A stretch of 64,000 nt of DNA from Callorhinchus milii (lineage: Eukaryota): NCBI RefSeq assembly GCF_018977255.1, contig NW_024704742.1, forward strand, positions 60,452,001 to 60,516,000. The letters run 5' to 3'. Of this stretch, positions 52,394 through 63,699 are shown one piece after another. Under the pieces are notes generated by a model. That model had not been told where the DNA came from and made no database searches. It saw only the letters and a program-made list of their open reading frames with translations. The position numbers and the translations under genes were made by a program. Numbering within the stretch: position 1 is the first letter of the stretch; the number at the start of each line of letters is the position of its first letter.

Positions 52394-52635
52394 ACAACAA
52401 CAAGATTACATTTGTATAGCGCCTTTCACGTCGGGAGGACATCCCAAGGCCCTGGACAGCATTTCAGACCCGAGCTGGGGTCAGGGGAGAGGGGAAGGGG
52501 GGGGGTTACTGATGGCATGGTTGAAGAGGATGGTTTTGAGGCGGGACTTGAAGGACGCTAAAGAGGGGGTGAGGCAAAGTGATTGGGGGATGGAATTAAG
52601 AGGTTGGGGGCAGAGTGGCTGAAGGCTCTTCCGAC
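52394..52635 (-). mobile_element. L2 3' end
   Basis: (caa)n tail, gcgcctttcacgtcgggaggac. Confidence 0.9.
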
Positions 52636-52649
52636 ACAAATTTTAATTC

Positions 52650-52790
52650 ATAGGAACAAGAGTAGGCCATTCAGACCCTGAAGCCTGTTCTGCCAGTCTA
52701 TTAGATCATGGCTGATCTGTACATCAACTCCAAACATCCACCTTTACTCCACATCCCATGACACCCTTACCTAACCAAAATCTATCCAGC
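52650..52790 (-). mobile_element. CR1 3' end (subfamily related to 2240-2600)
   Basis: gtaggccattcagacc...tagatcatggctgatct. Confidence 0.75.
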
Positions 52791-54767
52791 TAAGTTGATT
52801 ATTTAGCAGTAATTTTTGAATGAATGGAACAAATTTTGACATTTCAATACAATTCTGTCAATCATCCAAAGGAAAGTAAAACTCCACTTTGCATGAATTA
52901 GAAAGTTTCACACTAAGAATACAGATAACTCAAGAAAATATGCTTCAGCATTTTTCGCGGGTTCAACTGAATTTACATAAAGGGCACTGGAGATAATTAT
53001 ATCTTTTCTGGCACATTGCTGCAATGGTGAATGTAATCTATACAATTAGATTAGCTAATCCAATCTTCCTTGGTTGTGACATATGTCAAAAACATACAAA
53101 TATGTATGTTTTAAATTAATTAGCACATAATAAATAAACCTGAGAACCCAAGGTAAGATAATAACATAGAATAATCTGTGTATTTGATATAATACAAATA
53201 ATGTTGAAACTTTTGAAAGTGCTTCACAGCTAATTGATGTCAAGAGCAGCGACAGTCTATTTACAATATATTTCACATTTATTTGCACATTTCACATTGG
53301 GAGGACATCTCAAGAGTTTATTTGTAGGAAAATAAGTGGAAATAAGGGTCAGTGGGATGCTGAGGCTTCAAAATGAACATTAGCACAAAATAAACAGTCC
53401 GTTCACTTTACAATATATTCTGTTAAGCGTTTTGAGACTTCTCAATGACATGTTAAGGCGCTATATCAAATGCAAGGATTATTAATATTATTACTAGGAA
53501 GGATGGGAACGTTAGATGATGCAGTGGATTTTTTTAATAAGTGCTAAAAAAAAGTTTCGAAATTTGCAAAGGTTGGCGTCAAATGTATAGATAAAGGTAT
53601 TCAAGTTGAAGGACAGGATTACAGACAAGCTTGACCGCTCTCCACTCTCATTTAATAACTTTATCTCACTTAAGAACACAAGAAATATAAGAAAATGTCA
53701 TTCATTTCTGTCAAGCCCAGATTGTCTAAAGACTGCAGGCCTTTCACCATTCATGCAAAACCTACCATACTGATTTCACTTCAAACACGGTATCTCTTAT
53801 CATAGGGTTTGACACAGATAGCCCATTATACATGGAACTCTCAGTCTTGTTTGGATACTCTTAAGCATGGTGATTGTAAGACACTCGGTTGATCAAGCAA
53901 AATAGTGTCTGACTCTGCATACCAAAAAAAAAAGCTGATCCCAAAAAATAGCCTATGAATCCCACAAACAATCAAACAGAGCTTCATAATAAACCTTTTG
54001 GGTAAATGCATGACCCAGGAAAGCACAAAGCCATGAAGAGCATAGATCAAGGGTTTGAAAGAGGTATATCTTGTCATGGTGCAAAAGCTTTAATACATTA
54101 AAGAATAAATCATTCTTTGATCATTTATTTTAGGAACAGGTATATATTATTCAGTATCAACAGAAATATGATTCTGCACAATTGTGATACTGAATATCAT
54201 GAAGTCTCACTAAAAAAAGTATCAAAACCTTACCTTATTATTCTCTTAAAAATTCAAACACTTGAAATCTGCCTTATAATTATAAGAATTGCAAATGCGT
54301 CTGGGATCTCTATAGAAGAAAAAATTCAGCAATAACTTTACATAATTCCATAGTCATTCAAAGTTAGAATGGTATTTCTTTGCTCAGTGTAGTCCCTACA
54401 TGGATCCAACTGATTAATTCCTCTTGGCAGTCATTCTTGATTAATTATTCCATTTAGATGTACTATCATTTCTCTTGCACATGGTTCAAAAACCATGGCC
54501 ACCTCACTTCCCTTATCTGAAATAATGAGGTAATATAGCACCGTTCGCATTCATTTAAAAAAAGAAATACAACTTCCCAGCATTGTGCTTTGAATAAGGA
54601 TAATGTTGCGAGATTCTCAAATTCCTATCTTTTATTTAGCGTATTTTTGTAAGGTTCTGGTAAACATTTATTTAAAAAAGTGTTTTTCACATGTTAGTCA
54701 ATTTAATGACCTTGTGATATTTATTTGCTTCTTTGGCCTCATCCTAACTAACTCGGTGACATCTTCC

Positions 54768-56215
54768 TACAACAACAACAAAATTACATTTGTATAGCAT
54801 CTTTCACGTCGGGAGGACGTCCCAAGGCACTGGACAGACAGAGTTTTGGACTCGAGCTGGGGGTCGCGGTGGGGCAAGGTGGAGGGCAGGTGGGAAGCAG
54901 GGAGATCGAAAGCTCGGTCAAAGAGGAGGGTCTTGAGGTGGGTCTTGAAGGTGACAAGCGAGGGAGCAAGGCGGAGGGACTGCAGGATGGAGTTCCAAAG
55001 GGTGGGTGCAGAGTGGCGGAAGGCCCGCCCGCCGATAGTGGGGCGAGCAAGGAGGGGGACGTGAAGCAGGCCAGAGCCCACTGAGCGGAGAGAGCAAACA
55101 GGATGGTAGAAGGTTAGGAGGTCGGAGAGGTAGTGGGAGCAAGACCGTGGAGAGCTTTGAAGATGAGGACCAGGATCTTGAACTGTAACCTCTGTGTGAT
55201 GGGAAGCCAGTGAAGTTGGGCGAGGATGGGGGTGATAAGGTCGCGGAGCCTAGTGCAGGAGAGGACATGGGCTGCAGATTTCTGGGTACTCTGCAGCCTG
55301 TGGAGGGGTGAGTTGGGGAGGCCGACAAGCAATGAGTGTGCATAGTCGAGCCTTGATGTAATGAAGGCATCTATGAGGGTTTCGGCGGCCTGGGGTGTGA
55401 GATAGTGTCGGAGCCGGGTGACATTGCAGAGGTGGGGGAAGGCAGAGCAGGTCATGGCACTGATGTGAGCTAGAAAGTATAGTTAAGGGTCAAACAAGAC
55501 CCCAACGTTCTGGACTGGCTTAGTGAGTTGGAGTGTGTAACCATGGATGGTAATGCTGTCAACGCCTGAGGTGAGGAGGCGCTGACGGGAGCCAATCAGG
55601 AGAGCCTCGGTCTTGTTGACGTTCAACTGAAGAAAGTTAGCACTCATCCAGGATTTGATGTCCAACAGACATTCTGCCAGCACAGCAGTTGTCCTGGATT
55701 CAAGGGTGGAAGCAGAGAAGTAGAGTTGGATGTCATCCGCATACATGACCTTGTATACATGACCTTGTATACCTCTGCATACTTGAGCCCATGTCTGCAA
55801 ATGATGTCACCAAGAGGGAGCATATAGATGTTGAAGAGAAGGGGACTAAGGACAGAGCCCTCAGGAACGCCGGACGAGATGGTCCGGGGGCTAGAGGAGA
55901 AGCCGTTTGAGAAGATGAAGTACAGGCGGTGTGAGAGGTACGATCTGAACCAGTCAAGGACAGCACCGTGGAGGTTGAGGTGAGAGGAGAGGCGGTGGAT
56001 GAGGATAGAGTGGTCGACAGTGTCGAAGGTAGCAGAGAGGTCAAGGAGGACAAGGAGGCAGAGGGTGTCCTGGTCGCAGATGGACAGAATGTCATTTGTC
56101 ACTTTGACCGGGGCTGATTCTGTGCTGTGTACAGCACGGAAACCCGATTGAAGAGGTTCAAGAAAGGAGTGGCAGGAGAGGAAAGAGCGAAGCTGAGAAG
56201 CAACAACCCTACTGA
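54768..56215 (-). mobile_element. 5'-truncated L2 LINE (RT domain to 3' tail), frameshifted
   Basis: QSGFRAVHSTES, LLDLSATFDTVDH, SGVPEGSVLSPLLF, YADDIQLY, SRLDYA, HWLPI, (caa)n tail. Confidence 0.96.
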
Positions 56216-56499
56216 GCTGGCTACTCCCTTCTCTCAATGAACATCGGGCTGCTTCATATGCCCTATCCTATGTGCCCCACCATTGTCAGGCAGGAATTTA
56301 CCCATTCTGCCCCCCACTCTCTGAAATTCTATCCTGAACTCCCTCCAACTCGTGCCCTTCTTCCCCATTTTCAAAGCCCACCTCAACCTTACCTCCTTGA
56401 CTGAGCTTTTGGTCATTCTTTCCCCCTCCCCCATCATGGTAATCCAATGACCTGGAAGTTGGTTGTTGTTTCTTTTGCCACCATAACCAGCCCACAAAC

Positions 56500-56735
56500 T
56501 CGTTGTATGCCAGTTGGTTGCACTGAACGGCAAACATTGGGCAAGTTTCCTTACTCCACACACCTCTGTTTACTTAGCAGTAAATAGAAACCCAGTTGTT
56601 AATCGATTGGCGGCTGCTTTTCCGGGCTTAATATTCCTTCAAAAATATATTTTAAAATAATGTTTGTGGGACACTGCCGTGAGCAATTGGCTGCCACGTT
56701 TTGCCCACAAAATATGAAATGCAAGGACTTATTAT
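56500..56735 (+). mobile_element. Degenerate tRNA-SINE
   Basis: gggcaagtttccttactccacacacctctgtttac body and tail. Confidence 0.8.
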
Positions 56736-57339
56736 AACTATATGGATTTATGAATCCCAAACACTAAGTTATAATGAAGCCCCACTGTCGGTGTTAATTA
56801 CAGAAAAATATAGGTGTCAGTGAATACTATTTCTTGTTCAATAGAGATCAAGCTATATATATTTCTCAAGCACATTTTGAAAACTAATAATGTATTTCTT
56901 ATTGTTTAAGACACAGTTAAAGGAATATGTAAAAAACTGTTTTTATATGCTCAAGGTCTGATTGAGAGATTTATAAATCATTTGCCACAACACAGAGCCA
57001 AACAAAAAAAAGACTGTCTTTAAACAAAAATCAACCTTGCCTTCAAAACCTGTATGATCACATTGATAACAAACAAATTAATCTGCATTATATAGCTCAA
57101 ATGTTTGTTCCTGTGCGGTATATCTGCTTCAATTAACAGAAAATAATCTGCAATAAATGGCCTTTTCACATTCTGTGCTTCCTTATATCTTATTAATTTT
57201 TAATAAATTCCTGAGTTACAATGTTTTGTTACTAATTTTGAACAGAATCTGCAACAAGCATTCCGGGCAAGCACAGCCCAAAGCTGAGATCTAAGTCACT
57301 TTACAGAACAACAACTGCTGATAAGTTGTAATACTGAAT

Positions 57340-57470
57340 GTGTGAGAAAGCCACTAACTGTATTATGGGGCACGACAAGGATTGTTGGGTTTAAGGCACG
57401 TTGAGAACAGAGAAAGCTTTATTCTCCATTCGTCATGTTGTATCTGACCTGGCAGTACTCTGTGCTGTAG
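57340..57470 (+). mobile_element. Possible ancient LF-SINE-related fragment
   Basis: gggtttaaggcacgttg...gaaagcttt...catgttgtatctgacctgg resembles the LF-SINE 3' part as recalled; unverified. Confidence 0.3.
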
Positions 57471-57594
57471 CTCGTCTTCAAATGTGTTTCATTCCTTGCA
57501 CCTTGCTGAGCATTACACTGAACTAAAATGCTTTATTTAAAAAAGGTGCAATTCTGGAAGTTCACATTTTAGAACACAGTCTCTGTTTTACCAT

Positions 57595-57743
57595 CCTCAA
57601 ATAATAATTAAAAAAATTGGTGACTCAATCCACAACTGTTTGTGGGACACTGCTGTGCGCACATGACTGCCACATTTTGCCCACAAAATACACTGTCAAT
57701 GCACTTTACAATATATTCTGTGAAGTGCTTTGAGATATCTCAA
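57595..57743 (+). mobile_element. tRNA-SINE 3' half
   Basis: caatccacaactgtttgtgggacactgctgtgcg body. Confidence 0.85.
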
Positions 57744-57900
57744 AGGGGGGAGAGAGATGGAGAGTGCGAGGGAGAAGGGGAGAAAAAGAAACAGAGAGCA
57801 GAGAGAGAGAGGACTGAGAGAGAGGAAAGAGTGTGTGTGGGAGAGAAAGGGAGTGAGAGAGAGTGATTGAGAGAGAATATGAGAGGGAGAGAGAGAGGAG
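57744..57900. repeat. GA-rich low-complexity/(GA)n microsatellite
   Basis: Degenerate gagaga runs. Confidence 0.9.
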
Positions 57901-58429
57901 GTTATTCTTCCCCCTACCCTCCTCTGAGACCTCCCGACCTAGCCATTCCCTTTGCCCAGCAAACTCCAACTTGCTTCATGTCCCCACACCCCATCCGCCC
58001 CACCATCGCCATTTTACTCCTCCATGAAGCGAATGACCAATTTGATCTAGACATTTAGTTATAGTGACCAAGTCTCCTTCCTTGTGCTGCAGTAAGGGCT
58101 TCCCCCCACTACTGCTGGTTCATATAATTACTGCTACTACCCAAGCATAAATGGCATATGTCTCCAATACACCACTTCTGGTTGGCACCAACAGAAAATC
58201 CTACTCATGCAACATTTGTACAGAAGTTAGACACCACTTGCTATATTCATCTGTGAAGTAACAGCAAATGAATACCAATAAGCTTGAACCTAAATAGATC
58301 TGAACTTACTATCTGTGACATTACTATCAAGTTAGTTGTTATGTGAGGAGGAATACATCAGATTATAAAATGTGAGATGATAGAATATTCAGAATTAGAA
58401 ATATACAGACATTAATGTTTGCAAATGTT

Positions 58430-58725
58430 GGGGTGAAATTACCAGCATTTCATAATGTGTCCTTCATCCTAATAATAATATAATAATGATCCTTGCATTT
58501 GATTAGAGCCATATCACACTATTGAGACATCTCAAAGTCTTTCATTGACTATATATTTTGTGTGCCATTACGACAGTCAATTGAGCACAGCAGTGTCCCA
58601 CAAATAGTCGTGGGTTGAGTGATCAAATTAGTATTATTATTGTACTTATTCTATTTCTGGAAGGGACTTAGTTATAGTTAGATTACCATGACGAAAGTAC
58701 TATGAAACATTGCAAATTTCACCCC
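58430..58725. mobile_element. MITE-like element with GGGGTGAAATT termini, containing a SINE fragment (58471-58640)
   Basis: About 27-nt imperfect TIRs ggggtgaaattaccagcatttcataat / actatgaaacattgcaaatttcacccc. Confidence 0.65.
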
Positions 58726-58740
58726 ATTATTTCTTAATAA

Positions 58741-58866
58741 TGGCTGCCGCATTCGCCCACAAATATATACAGTCAATTCACTTTACAGTATATTCTGTGA
58801 AGCGCTTTGGGACGTCCTCCCGACGTGAAAAGGGCTATATCAAATGCGAGGATTATGATTATTATT
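58741..58866 (+). mobile_element. SINE 3' fragment with an L2-identical tail core
   Basis: SINE body followed by gggacgtcctcccgacgtgaaa and (att)n. Confidence 0.88.
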
Positions 58867-58949
58867 TAAAGTGAAGGAACACTAGTCTTTAAATGGTTAA
58901 ACTAATGACCATGCTTTGATGCATTGAAGGACAAAGTACTTTCTGTGTA

Positions 58950-59300
58950 AGTATCTCTCTATGTGTCTCTCTCACGCCTGACCTCTTCACTAACTCAGGG
59001 GTCGGCACTGTGCTGTGCTGTGAAGTGTGAGCGAGCTGTTCCATTCATACTGGCGTATTGCAGGACCAAAACCAGCTGGCTCCATCCTCCCATAGCCATT
59101 ACACATGAGAGTCAGGGTTCCTATATCCATCAGGTTTTATAGGCAAATAATTATTTTATCCTTGCTGAGCAGCTGAGCCCCTTTCAAGGCCTGGGAATTT
59201 CATCCAACATGTTTCTTTTTCTTCTTCCAACCCATGGGAGTCCTGAACATCATACAAGGTAAAATCGCACTCAAAGCTGTCTCATCAACTTTAATGGATC
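58950..59300 (-). mobile_element. Probable ancient RTE-clade endonuclease fragment
   Basis: EEEKETCW...(frameshift) SKDKIIICL*NLMDIG...NGYGRMEPAGFG resembles RTE EN EEKExFW...DKIIIxGDxNxxVG...GYxxxxGxxGFG. Confidence 0.5.
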
Positions 59301-59362
59301 TAGAAACAGAAAGAGTGTGAAAACCTTTAGTTCTAAACATTCAGAACTTTGAATTATGTATT

Positions 59363-59566
59363 TAGATCTGAAATTAGGGATTTCTAATGGGTTTCCTTAA
59401 TAAGAGTCACTCAAATAGAAATTCCTCCTTGTAGCAGAATTGCATTAGACCAACCTGTGGGAACTTCACTCTGATGTGACCTACTTCCAAGATGGAATTG
59501 CTCCTCAGCAGTGGCAATTTCTAACTTATTAAGGAATAACATCAGAAATTCTGCATTTTAGACTCC
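59363..59566. mobile_element. Palindromic MITE-like element
   Basis: Perfect inner pair ttccttaataag / cttattaaggaa, tagaaatt / aatttcta, and diverged ~30-nt outer arms. Confidence 0.6.
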
Positions 59567-60134
59567 ATTATATTAAAAAGCACAAACATTATGCACTCTG
59601 ATTCCTGAAGTAATAATAATAATAAAAATATCCCTACATTCTTTCACGTTGGGAGGATATGACACATTTTATATTCTGAAGTGTAATAGCTATATTTTGT
59701 AGACAAATGTGGCATCCAATTTGTACACAGCAATGTCCCATATTTCTGCTACATTTCTGACACAATGCAAATCAATATTGTGTTGTCCAAAAATAGGCCT
59801 ATAAATCAATGATCACGTTTTGTTACTTCAAAAGTACTGTGATTGCTAAACATGGTAATTGTTTCATTAGGTCTTTATAATGAGATCTCACATTATAAGA
59901 TTTAGTTGAATTATTTTTATATTGCCTGATCAGGAATTGGCGCCCTTTACCTAAATATTTAGTCAACATGTGGGCTTTTTATTTACTACCTCAGTCCTTG
60001 CCATTATTCTCAATATGTAAACCTCAAACACTGAGTTTAAATGATATGGTAATGTCCCATGTGTTGCCTTTTTATGAACGTGGTTAATATTTGATTTTTT
60101 TCACGTTTCTTCCTAATATAGTCTATGCTGAGAC

Positions 60135-60630
60135 CCTGATGCAGTGCTGGGGGTGTGCTGCGTCGTTGGTAGTGCTATTCTTCAGATGAAATGTTAAACC
60201 GAGGTTCTGTTGAGGTATCGCTGTTCGAAAAGAGAAAGAAGTTGCTTACTGTGTCCTGGCTATGAATCTCCCAAATAAATATGGTCATTCACTTCTCAGC
60301 TGTTTGCACAGAAATGTAGAAATCTACAGCAAAGAAGGAGGCTACTCGACCCATCAAACCTTTCACCGGCTTACAGAGCAAGGATATTGTTTCAATCCCA
60401 CCATCCCTTCAAGCCTCTTCAAGAATTACTGCTCTCCCCAGCTGAGAATTGAACCCCGATCTCCCCCCGTGACAAGAGGGGATACTAACTACTATAATAC
60501 CAAGGACATTGGACATTGTTATGCGCAAATTGGCTGCTGCGTTCGCCCACAAACTGCACAGTCAATCCACATTACAGTATATACCTTGAAGTGCTTTGCG
60601 ACAGCCTCCCAACTTGAAAAGCTCTATACC
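60135..60630 (+). mobile_element. Deu-domain SINE split by a CR1-type tail piece and a tRNA-Asp pseudogene
   Basis: cttcagatgaaatgttaaaccgagg (Deu domain) on the left; body resumes with gcgcaaattggctgctgcg at about 60520. Confidence 0.7.
60434..60506 (-). pseudogene. tRNA-Asp(GTC)-derived pseudogene
   Basis: Reverse complement tccttggtattatagtagttagtatcccctcttGTCacggggggagatcggggttcaattctcagctggggag follows the eukaryotic tRNA-Asp sequence with many stem-breaking changes. Confidence 0.85.
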
Positions 60631-60774
60631 AAATGTCTGTGTAAGGATGTCTTTGCTGCCAGTCAGATGTCCTCCGACATGAAACGCATAATGTAAGTGT
60701 CACTTGTTGGATCTTGGCCGAGTCTGATTTACCCTCCTTAATTCAATAAAGAGACTTCTCCAGACCAAATATTT

Positions 60775-60895
60775 AAGTTCCAATAAAGGGTCAGACCTAA
60801 AATGTTACCAATCTTTCTCATTCAGATGCTGATTAACCTGCTGTTTATTTCCAACATTTTCTGGTTTGGTCTCAGATTTCCAGTATTCATGGTTT
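60775..60895 (+). mobile_element. Second, more decayed Penelope-type terminal repeat
   Basis: cagatgctgattaacctgctg...tttccaacattttctg...tcagatttccag is a diverged reverse complement of 20477-20560. Confidence 0.65.
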
Positions 60896-61739
60896 CAATT
60901 TTGACCTCAGATAGAGTCAAAGTTATTTGCTTTCAGTTTCATTTTAACAAAAGAGTCTGACAGTATGAGACGGCAGGCAGCTAGGTTCAGCCTTTGTAAT
61001 TGTACTGGGGCGTGAGACTGGGGGAATAAGGGGATGACCCCATATAAAGGGGATGACCAAGCCCCCGAGAAGCTTTCTTTGCCCTGGAATGTAGCATGGT
61101 GAGGTGGTGTTGCCTCAGGAGGAGAGGACAAAATAGTGGGTTAGAATTTGGAAGAGTTTCTGTATGCCAGAGACCTAAATAAACCTTGAAATCTAGAAAT
61201 ATGTCCCTGTATGCACATTCCATTCTGTCTGACCCTGATTGGTGTTACAATATGTACAAATACAATCATTGAAAGATAACCAGCATCAATTGAGGAGTCA
61301 GAACATAAGAATTTGCTAAGCAAAAGAAGACCAAGATCCATCTAGTTCGCCTTCCACCATCCTGGCAGTCACTTAATATATTGGGTCCCAAATTATATAC
61401 TGTATCCTGAGATATTATTTTCTATAAAATAATTCTATATTTCCATTACAGAGAATGAGTAATACTCCATAATTTGAAAATTGGACGACCTTCACAGGCG
61501 AGAGCATCTGCTCATTCTCTGCTAGTGGGTAAATTTACTGACCTTTGCAATGGGAGCTTATACTGAAATGTTCTTCTTCGGAGTTCAAATAACCACAGTT
61601 GGAAAATGCACAAATTGTCAAAGAATCATCCTGGAAGCCTGCGTGCATCAAATTTGAAAAATATTTAGACTTGGTTTCTTTTTGCTAGACCTGTGCCCTG
61701 AATATTAAAAATGCAAATATAAGATAGCAACTCGGGGGA

Positions 61740-61995
61740 TCTAAAAGAGAAGTTAGGAGGAACTACTTCACACAGAGGGTAGTGATATTGTGGAACTCGC
61801 TGCTGTAGCGGAGGTTGAATCAGATAGAATAGAAGCATTCAAGAGGAAGCAAGACCTTCATATAAGGGAGAGAGGAATAGAAGTGTGTAGGAATGAGTAT
61901 GGCATGGGTGAAGATTCAAATGGAGTATAAACACCAGTACAGACTGCTTGACGAGAGGTCTGTTTCCATACTGTACATTCTTTGTAATCTTTGTA
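61740..61995 (+). mobile_element. Old CR1 3' fragment
   Basis: aggaggaactacttcacacagagggtagtg...tggaactcgctg and 3' UTR. Confidence 0.8.
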
Positions 61996-62299
61996 ATTTG
62001 CCTATGTTTATTTGGGTTGGTTTACTTTCGAACCTGTCATATTTGCAACACTATCAGAAACACCCAATGCATCACATGGGGTTTAGGTCTACATATCCAT
62101 GAGCAGTAGTATTTACACTGCCTTTCTTCACCCCCACCTTAAACTGGCTCTTCATTGCTGAACCCCAATAATACATTGCCACAAGATAACCTTTGCTAAC
62201 TTCAGTGGTGTGTATAACAATCATATTTCTGCCACGCTAAACACCCCAAACTACCACATGCCTGTATGACAAGATGCACGGCAGAGCACACACAGTGCG

Positions 62300-62960
62300 T
62301 TCACCAGAATGAAGCAATTATGCTGCCTCGATTTTCCAAAACCAACTTAAATAAACTGCTAAAATCACTTAATGTGTGGTATAAACAAGACAAATGAAGG
62401 GATTTGGTGGTTTTACAGAATCATAAATCACCAATGATTCAGGCCTGCAGAGCCCAGGAGATGTGGCTGGCATCACTCAGCGGTCTATTTTTCTCAGTAA
62501 ACCATCAAATATTCCTGATTTCTATAACATGCTGCAATCTTTTAAAGTAATTGCTTTTGAATTTGACTTTTATTTCTCTGTGTGTAGTATCGTCAGTCGT
62601 GTCACTGATACTCAGTGCACTGCATGAGCAACTAATCAGTGAGGAGTCTCAATGCGACACACAGGGAAAAGGAAAAACCTTCAGACAATTTGCCAGATAA
62701 AGATTGATGGAGGGTTGTGGCTCCCGACCAGTCTGTGCAAGCTGTTGTATGTGGGCCAGCTTCTCCCTAGTCCTTCCCTTCAGGTCATTTCATCATGTCC
62801 TGAGGCTTTTCCGCTCTTCAAGGCACATACATAAGTAAGATGTTATTTTGAACAATGATTTTGACGTTGCGCTTGTGCAAGGTCAATGATTGCCTGACTG
62901 GTCGTCTTTGATTCTCATGGTCTCTAGCAGAGGCCAAACCTTTTCTCATAATCTCAGCTT
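62300..62960 (-). mobile_element. Probable ancient RTE-like LINE ORF2 fragment (pre-RT region)
   Basis: ALKSGKASGHDEM, SDTTDDTTHREI and FKRLQHVIE in the order expected for GKAPGxD, GDxxDxxNYRGI and LLxRL. Confidence 0.5.
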
Positions 62961-63181
62961 TCAGATGAATGTCATCAAATGCAATATTTGGGGAAAAACA
63001 TATTTAAATTTAGTTTTGTTCTGCAAAACTATATTCCAAGTTGTAATAATGAAAATAAAAAACAATAATAATCTGTAGGCTTGATACTTCATTCATGTTG
63101 GTAGGATGTCTGAAAAAGCTTCACAGCATTTACTATAATGTGTAGTGACTGCATTTTGTAGATGAATGTGGCAGTCAGTTG

Positions 63182-63500
63182 ATAATAATAATCCTTGCAT
63201 TTGATATAGCGCCTGATCATGTCGTCTCAAAGTGCTTCACACAATATATTGTGGAATGGATTGACTGTGTATTTTGTGGGCGTTTTGCAAACAGCAATGC
63301 CACGCAATCAGCAAGGTCAATTGTTCAATTTTATTTGGGGAAATGTTGACCAGGACACCGGGAGAAAGTCTTTTTGAGTCTTGTTGTGGGATCTTTAATA
63401 TCCACCTGAACAGGCAAATGGAAATTTGGTTCAATGACTTATACGAAGCACGGCATCTACAACACAGCAACACATTGCCAGCACTGCACTGGAACATCAG
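63182..63500 (-). mobile_element. Deu-domain SINE
   Basis: gggatctttaatatccacctgaacaggcaaatgg plus shared tail. Confidence 0.8.
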
Positions 63501-63699
63501 GCAATGAAAATTAAGACGGAATTCCTAAAATTCTTTAAGATCTTCGATTTTAAGGCAATGATCTTAAGACAAAGACCATGAAGGGTTTCCAAACCTCTGA
63601 TCTTCATGTTAAATTGAATATTTCTGCATTATTATAATGTTTAGACGCTAGTACCATGAAATGCAATGGAGATCCATGCAAGATACGTAATATGGTAGA

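Noticed and set aside
59200..59299. Apparent terminal exon SIKVDETALSAILPCMMFRTPMGWKKKKKHVG*
   Set aside because: Good acceptor, but no recognisable host protein; RTE endonuclease motifs appear in overlapping frames.
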